Below are positions 57,312 through 64,000 of a DNA stretch of 64,000 nucleotides, piece by piece; the stretch's first letter is position 1, and every line of letters starts with the position of its first letter. Source of the DNA: Flectonema sp. DT1601. Its lineage: Eukaryota. A program made the translations under genes and the position numbers. The notes beneath the pieces were generated by a model. The model was not told the DNA's origin. It made no database searches and saw only the letters and a program-made list of their open reading frames with translations. The stretch is taken from NCBI GenBank assembly GCA_964019425.1, contig OZ025797.1, positions 1-64,000 of the forward strand, written 5' to 3'.

Positions 57312-60300
57312 TTAGTGCCTCCTATCTGAACCAGCAGACATTGAGTGATTTCTAGCACGATTTCCTGAAGCAGAATAAGAACGAGGAGCTAAGTGTCTAG
57401 CTCTCGTATTTTCCGAGTGTGTTCTGTTTGTTGAACGAGGAGATCTACGAGGGGACACAGCTCTAGTCTTGTCGTATTGAACAAGTAAGCCTGCAATCTG
57501 TTGAATAATGTCCTTTTCTTCTTGAGTTGCGTGCAGCTTCGCAACGACGTGAAGGATATCAAGTCGTTGATCTTCTGGTAGTTCTTTATTACCAACTCCG
57601 AGATGTAGTTTTTCCCATTCAGTAAAGTATTTATCCATAATTACTCTACCAAACTGTTCATGGCTTCCCATCTCTTCGACAGTCAACTTCTGACGTTCGA
57701 CAAGTTCACGAAGCTCTCTGTTGTAACGACGTTCGACCTTTAAGTTCTTCAGATTAGATAAAGAACTAGCAGCCTGTTGATTGTTAATTTAATTATTGTT
57801 TTCAACATTAGATCAGAAGAAAGGAACATCATAAAACAGTCAGGCATACCTTTACTTTTGTGTTTGCGAAGTTCTTAATAAGTTCATGTGTGTCTCGTAC
57901 TAACATATGCCTTGAGTTGGTTAAGAATGCAATGCTTCGTAGTTTTGCTTCAAAGTCTAATTTTAGTCTTTGATGTTGGGGGGCAGTTTCGACACGAGGA
58001 ATATCAACCGTTTGGGTGGCAATGGAAGAACCATTTTTATTTCTTTTTGGTTGAGTATCTACTACTACTGAATGGCTTGATACGGATCTACTTTGTCTTT
58101 GCTGAAGGGAAGCAACTTCCTCCTCATGTGCCTGCTGTCTCTGTCTCAGTGCCATTCGGAGAGCTTCTGCTTCCTGTGCTGTCTGTCTGAGTTGTAGGTC
58201 AGCTGTCGCATGTGCCTGATTTATAATTATGATAAAGATTTTGATAAATAATAATATCAACGTGGTTAATATTAACAAACCTGTTCTAACTCATTCCTCG
58301 AAGTAATTAGCTCAACAATCTCTTCTTGAAGTGCTTTAACTGAAGGCTGTTTAGAGAGGGCGCTGCGAATGCTCTCTTGTTCTTCCATTCGAGTAGCCTG
58401 AAGGAATGACTTTTCCTCGTCTGCTGCTTCAAGCTGTCTCTGAAGTGATATAATTTTATCTTCTTCCTCTTCAATAATTCTCGTTAGTCTTTCTGTTTCC
58501 TGTTGTTGTTGGTGAGATTGTTCCTCTACTCGCATCATTGTTTTCTGCATTTCTTCAGTTGCAATGCGAAGTGATTGCTGTGCTTCTTCTGATGCCATTG
58601 CGAGTTCATTTCTTTCTGTTTCAAGTGCACGGAGAGCTTCATTCCAAGCCTGTTGATGTTGATATTGGTTAGATAGTTTATTTAAATACAATCTCTCTAT
58701 CACAGAATGAACTGCCGCATACCTTTTCCTTAATCGCCCATCCCTTTAAGATGCCTTCCAATTCAACGTTGCGTGACTCGGCAGCGCGTCGTGACTTCTT
58801 AAGTTCCAGCATCTCTTCGTCGAGCTCTCGTTTCTCAATTTGAAGGTTTTGGTGTTCATTTTCGAGTCCTGCAATTCCCTGTTGTTGCGTTTGTTACTTG
58901 TTGTTCCATAAGGTCTTATGACTATGGGGGAAAAAAAGGGGGGGGGAAACAACAAAAACGTACCGCACGATCGATCGCATTGTCTTGTGCTTGAGACTTA
59001 AAGAACTCATTCTCAGCAATAAGTCGAGTGTTGTCTTGAAGGATGTGTTCTCTGGATTGGATTGATGTTTGAATTTCTGATCGAAGCGATTCAATCTTTT
59101 GATCTTTGTCAGAAAGATCTTCCGTAATTGAAGTGAGTTCATCTTCAAGAGAACGTCTGTTCTGAACGATTGCTGCTAACTCTCTGGCCAACTCATCCCT
59201 TGCGATATTTGACGATTCTAAACCTGACCTCAAACTCTCTATTGTACCATTCCTATCAGATAAATTATCCAACGCTTCCTCTGCTGCTTCAACACCAGAG
59301 ACTAGTTCTCCTTTTAGCGCTTTAATCTTGTCTTCTTGTTTGATCATATCGTCTTGTAAATTATCTAATTGGGTTTGTAAGTTTCTAATTAGATTATTTT
59401 TGTTTGTTATTTCTTTGGATATTTCATCAGTGGTGGTCATCCCGGAGACGAGTTCAGATTTCAGAGCCGAAATTTTTGAATCTTTTGCGAGCACCTGCTC
59501 AGCGAGATCACTTTCTGTGGTAGCGTGCTGCTCAATTTCTATTTTCAGAGCTGCAATTTTTGAATCTTTTGCGAGCACCTGCTCAGCGAGATCACTTTCT
59601 GTGGTAGCGTGCTGCTCAATTTCTATTTTCAGAGCTGCAATTTTTGAATCTTTTGCGAGCACCTGCTCAGCGAGATCACTTTCTGTGGTAGCGTGTTGCT
59701 CAATTTCTAGTTTCAGAGCTGCCATTTTTGAATCTTTTGCGAGCACCTGCTCAGCGAGATCACTTTCTGTGGTAGCGTGCTGCTCAATTTCTATTTTCAG
59801 AGCTGCAATTTTTGAATCTTTTGCGAGCACCTGCTCAGCGAGATCACTTTCTGTGGTAGCGTGTTGCTCAATTTCTATTTTCAGAGCTGCAATTTTTGAA
59901 TCTTTTGCGAGCACCTGCTCAGCGAGATCACTTTCTGTGGTAGCGTGCTGCTCAATTTCTAGTTTCAGAGACGAGATTTGTGAGTTGTAGTCGGATAGCG
60001 ATTCTTCAAGTTCTGTAATTTGTTTCTTAAGCCCCTCAAGTTCAATATCCTTCTCGTTGATGAGCTGTTGTAATCGTTGCTGTTCAGTCTCTGAATTGTC
60101 ATGTAGCTGTGTGCTGTGATTATTCAACCTTTCACACTCTGCCACAAGAGCAGCACTTTTGTCAGAATATTCTTGCAGCTGACTATTCAGATCTGATATT
60201 TCATTTTCTTTACTTTCCATTTGAATTACTAAATCATTATACTTCGATTTAATATCTGAGAATGCTTCAGCTGCTGCAAGACCATCAGTAACGTGTTGCT

Positions 60301-63300
60301 CTTTATCAATGAGATGCTTTGAGAGTTCACTATCTCTGTTGTCTAACTGACTAAGTAATGCTTCAGACTCTGATTGTAGAGTTGTCAGTTTGTTGTTTGA
60401 TTCTTCTAATTGATGTTGTAGGCTATTGATGTATTCGTCTTTCTTAGTAGAATCTGTTTCTAATTCTGAAATGTGTCCGTCTCTGTTCTCACACTCAGCA
60501 GTAAGATGTTCAATTTGTGATTGCAGTTCAGAGAGCGTGTTGTTAATTTGATTAATTTCATCATTTTTATTAATTAACTGCTTTGAAAGATCGTCTTGTT
60601 TAACATCTGCTTGACTACTGTTGGATTTGAGTAGTGTGATAGTGTCTTGTTGTTGATTTGATAATTGTTTGTGTTCATCAATAGAATGTTCAAGTTGATG
60701 TAATTTAGTTGTCAAAGATTCATTTTCCCTGAAGAGGATATCATTACTGTCGGACAGTTTTATTTTATTTTGAGCTGTTTGTTCTTCGAGTGTTTGTTTT
60801 TGTTCCAAGAGTTTTTCACTGTTGATCTTTTCGATGGATAATTCCTCTTCAAGCAGGTGAAGTTTTTCTTCCAAAATCGCAATGCGTTCCTCGAGAGACT
60901 TTTTTTGTTCTAAAAGTTTTTCATTATCGAGTGTTGCCTTCGATAATTCTTCCTCAAGCAGGCGGAGTTTTTCCTCCAGAGTTGCTATGCAATCTTTTAG
61001 TGTTTGTTTTTCTATTGAAATATCATCATTGTCAGACTTAGTCGCTGACAGTTCATCTTCTAGTAAGTGAAGTCTTTTTTCCAAAACGGTGATGCGCTCT
61101 TTCGATTCCGACAGTTTACTTTCGAGGAATTTCTTTTCATCTGCGAGAACTTCTTTCTCTGTTGATTTGTCGTCGCTTTCCACTTGTGTTGTTGACAGTT
61201 CATTTTCTAGTAGTTGGAGTCTTTTTTCTAAAACTGCAATGCGTTCTTGTAGTTTTGATGCATCGTTTTCGATTGAAGTGCGTTCATCACGGAGAACATC
61301 GATGCTGTCAAGTTGTTTTGAAATTTTTAATTGGAGATCGGCATTTTCAGATTCTAACGAATTGCTCTTTTCATTCGCTTCTCTAATACTGTTGTGGTAC
61401 TCTCGTTTAGCATCTTGTAGTGTTTGCATTTGGGTATTTTGAGATTTCAGTTTCTGTGAAAGATTTTCATTCTCCGCAGTGAGATCCGTCTTTTCGGACA
61501 TCAACTTTGTCGTTTGTTCTTCTGATGCCGTTTGTGCTGATTTATGACTCCAAATCCCATTTTGTAACTCATCCTGAAGCGCTCCTATCGATGCTGTTAG
61601 AGAGTCTTTGTCAGCTTTTAAATTAATATTCTCGTTGCAAATTGTTTCCTTGTCTTGTAACTCGCTTGCAAGGAGTTTCTTAATGCCGTCAGTTTCAGAC
61701 AGGAGAGCTGCCAATTGATCCTTGTGTTCGGAGAGCAAACTGTCGTTTGCAATTCTTGACTTTTCAAGTTGTTCGTTTAGATGTTTGTTGTCATTTTGGA
61801 GGTGAGTGAGTTCCATTGTCATCTGATGAGTGCTGTCATTAGTTGACATCTTTAACTTCGATAGTTCTTCAGATAGAAATCCTTCTTTCTCTTTTGAGTT
61901 TCTCAATTCATTTTCAAATAAATGATTACTCTCAGATAGTGTTGTCATTCCTCTGATTGCATCTGATTTCGCTGCTGCAATTTCCCTCAATTCATCTTTC
62001 AAATCGTCTATGACTTTTCGAGAGGCAGCGTGTACCTGTTTTCAAAAGATATTAAATCACAGCTGTTAGACTCTAATCGTGTAACCCTCCCAACTTGATA
62101 GGTTTGCAACACTTATACAGAAGTGTCTGCTACTAACATATATTAGAAAAAAAGAATTTCACACCTGAGAATTTTCTACCAGCTCTGCTTCCATGTTTTC
62201 ACGCGAGACAGCTGCTTCGGTCAGTTCAGCATTTAAGGTGTCTACCTGAACTTCTAATTCCTTCACACGGAATTGCAACTCGGAGTCACCGTACTGCGCT
62301 GATAATAATGCAGCATTGAGTTTTTCTTCAGTAGATGAATGTTCATTTTTGAGTTGTTGGAATTTTATCTGCCACGTTTCCTGCGCCTGCAGCGCAGCAG
62401 AACGATCCGCATCTAGTGCTGCTAACTTCACGAAATGAATTTCGTCATTCTGCTTCAGCTGTTCTGTTTCTATTTGAGAATTCTTCAACTCAATGCGGAG
62501 TTCCTGAAGTTCAGCATTTAGCTGAGCTGCTTTTTCTTCTGCGAGTGCTTTGCCAGACAGCAAATCTCTGAGAACCGCTTCAGCCTTCTTTGTGATAGAC
62601 TCTCCTTCTTGTAGAGTAAATAACGGACCTAAAAGAGATCGAAGGCACTGTTCAAGAGTTTGAATCTCTCTGTAGAATGCAGCGAGTTTGGCGTGAGCAT
62701 CCGTGTTTGCAGAATCAGCATTTGCCAGTTGCTGACGAAGCTGTGCGGCTTCTTCTACACAGCCGTTAGCGGCGTGTTCCTCCCTCAGGTATCCCAAGTC
62801 TCGACCTAGTTCTGCCGTCTTTGAATCAGATGCGCGTTGTAGTTCCCTCGCTCTGTCTAAAGAAGCTTTCAATTCCATCACTTCAGCAATAGCTTCGTCA
62901 TAGGCTAGTTGTAAGTTCATAATCTTACCCTGAGACATTATCTCATCACCAGCTCTCTTTTGAAGGGCATTTCTCTCACCGATGACTTCATGAAGTTCTC
63001 GCTGCAGATCAGCGACATTTGCTGACAAACCTCTTTCAGGATCAGGTGTTGGATTTGCTCCACTTCTCGGTGTGTTAACGAGACCTTCCGGAGTCTGACT
63101 AACCGCGTTCAGATGGAGGAGTTTGGCTCGAGAATTTTGTGGTGGATTCGTAACGGGTGGTCCAGGTGGAACTGCGACCCCCTCACGTGACATCCAGAGT
63201 CTCCACACCTCATGACTGTGAGGGAGAAATGGATTCGGTGCGTAGCCCTCAACAGGGTTACTGGGAGGTGACGGCTGCGGTTTCGCAACTGCCCGAGAGA

Positions 63301-63304
63301 GCAT
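57312..63304 (-). CDS. Giant coiled-coil protein, 6 exons: 63304-62165, 62035-58964, 58878-58723, 58649-58281, 58215-57850, 57773-57312
   Basis: Five GT-AG introns, all phase 0, join heptad-rich ORFs in frame. Confidence 0.85.
59461..59970 (-). repeat. 84-bp coding tandem repeat, 6 copies (28 aa, IEQHATTESDLAEQVLAKDSKIAALKIE)
   Basis: TCAGAG recurs every 84 nt from 59461 to 59965; units nearly identical. Confidence 0.95.
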
Positions 63305-63938
63305 TTGATGCTGCTGATAAAAAGAATTAAATTAACAAAACACATCAACATGAGAACACCCTCCTGTCTACCCTCTCAATTCATATTTGAAACTATATTA
63401 AGAACAGGAATAATAAGAAAAGTATTATCGCTTAAACACATACTCAAGTGCAGCAAAATGCGTTGAGAGAGATTGGGGAAGGTAGTCAGTTCAGCAGGCT
63501 CACAATATCTTACGGAGATTAAGAATACCCTTAGCAAATGAGAATATCCTTGATTCCTCCCTAATATAAGCCAAGTCTTACCCTGGAACTATCGATTGAG
63601 TGAGGTATTAAATTTCGACCTCGGGAACAACGGGAGAGGAGATAAAAGGATTTTCTATTCTTTTTTTTTTCTTTTTTTTATTTATTACTCATTTTTTTTT
63701 TATTTTTTTTTTTTTTTTTAAATTTAAGATACGCTACTCCCAGAAAACTTTTTTTTTTTTTTCTTTAAATGGGGGAATTGGTTCTATCTGTAAATATTAC
63801 CAAAGAGTAAACCACTCTATAACAGAGCATCAAAGTGATCGATAGGGTACTACTCTAAAAATCCCACAATCAGCAAATTACAATTAAATCACACCAGCAA
63901 AGAATTGTCTCATTGTGACCTTTAATGTTTCGTGACAA

Positions 63939-63973
<35 letters not shown>

Positions 63974-64000
63974 GCTAAACCCAAGAAGGACAAGGGGACA

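Noticed and set aside
59328..59990. Plus-strand 220-aa repeat ORF, or a CRISPR-like array
   Set aside because: It is the antisense shadow of the coding 84-bp repeat and has no unique spacers.

Overview
Eukaryotic nuclear DNA, most likely from a diplonemid euglenozoan. This is inferred from 18S signatures such as GCTTGTTTCAAGG and GTGCCAGCACCCGCGG, an apparently unfragmented 28S, single-strand gene order and short GT-AG introns. Bases 1-11224 are the end of a compact tandem rDNA array (unit about 6.89 kb, + strand: 28S 3' half, IGS, 18S, 5.8S, 28S, IGS, then an 18S truncated at 11224). The truncation abuts a hairpin-rich boundary segment with a Helitron-like 3' end. From 12.8 kb to 63.3 kb, 17 protein genes all lie on the minus strand, converging on the rDNA. 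They include a cyclase-like receptor, CCCH+LRR protein, atypical MAPK, PPR protein, M18 aminopeptidase, gamma-CA, an ArsJ-like MFS transporter, a 6-exon PDZ/SURP/zinc-knuckle gene, MYCBPAP-like protein, subtilase, Cid1/Trf4 nucleotidyltransferase, two lipocalin-like paralogs and a 6-exon coiled-coil gene. An 8 kb homopolymer-rich gene desert (43.2-51.5 kb) holds an isolated 43-nt copy of the 28S rRNA. All calls were made by eye with no database searches.
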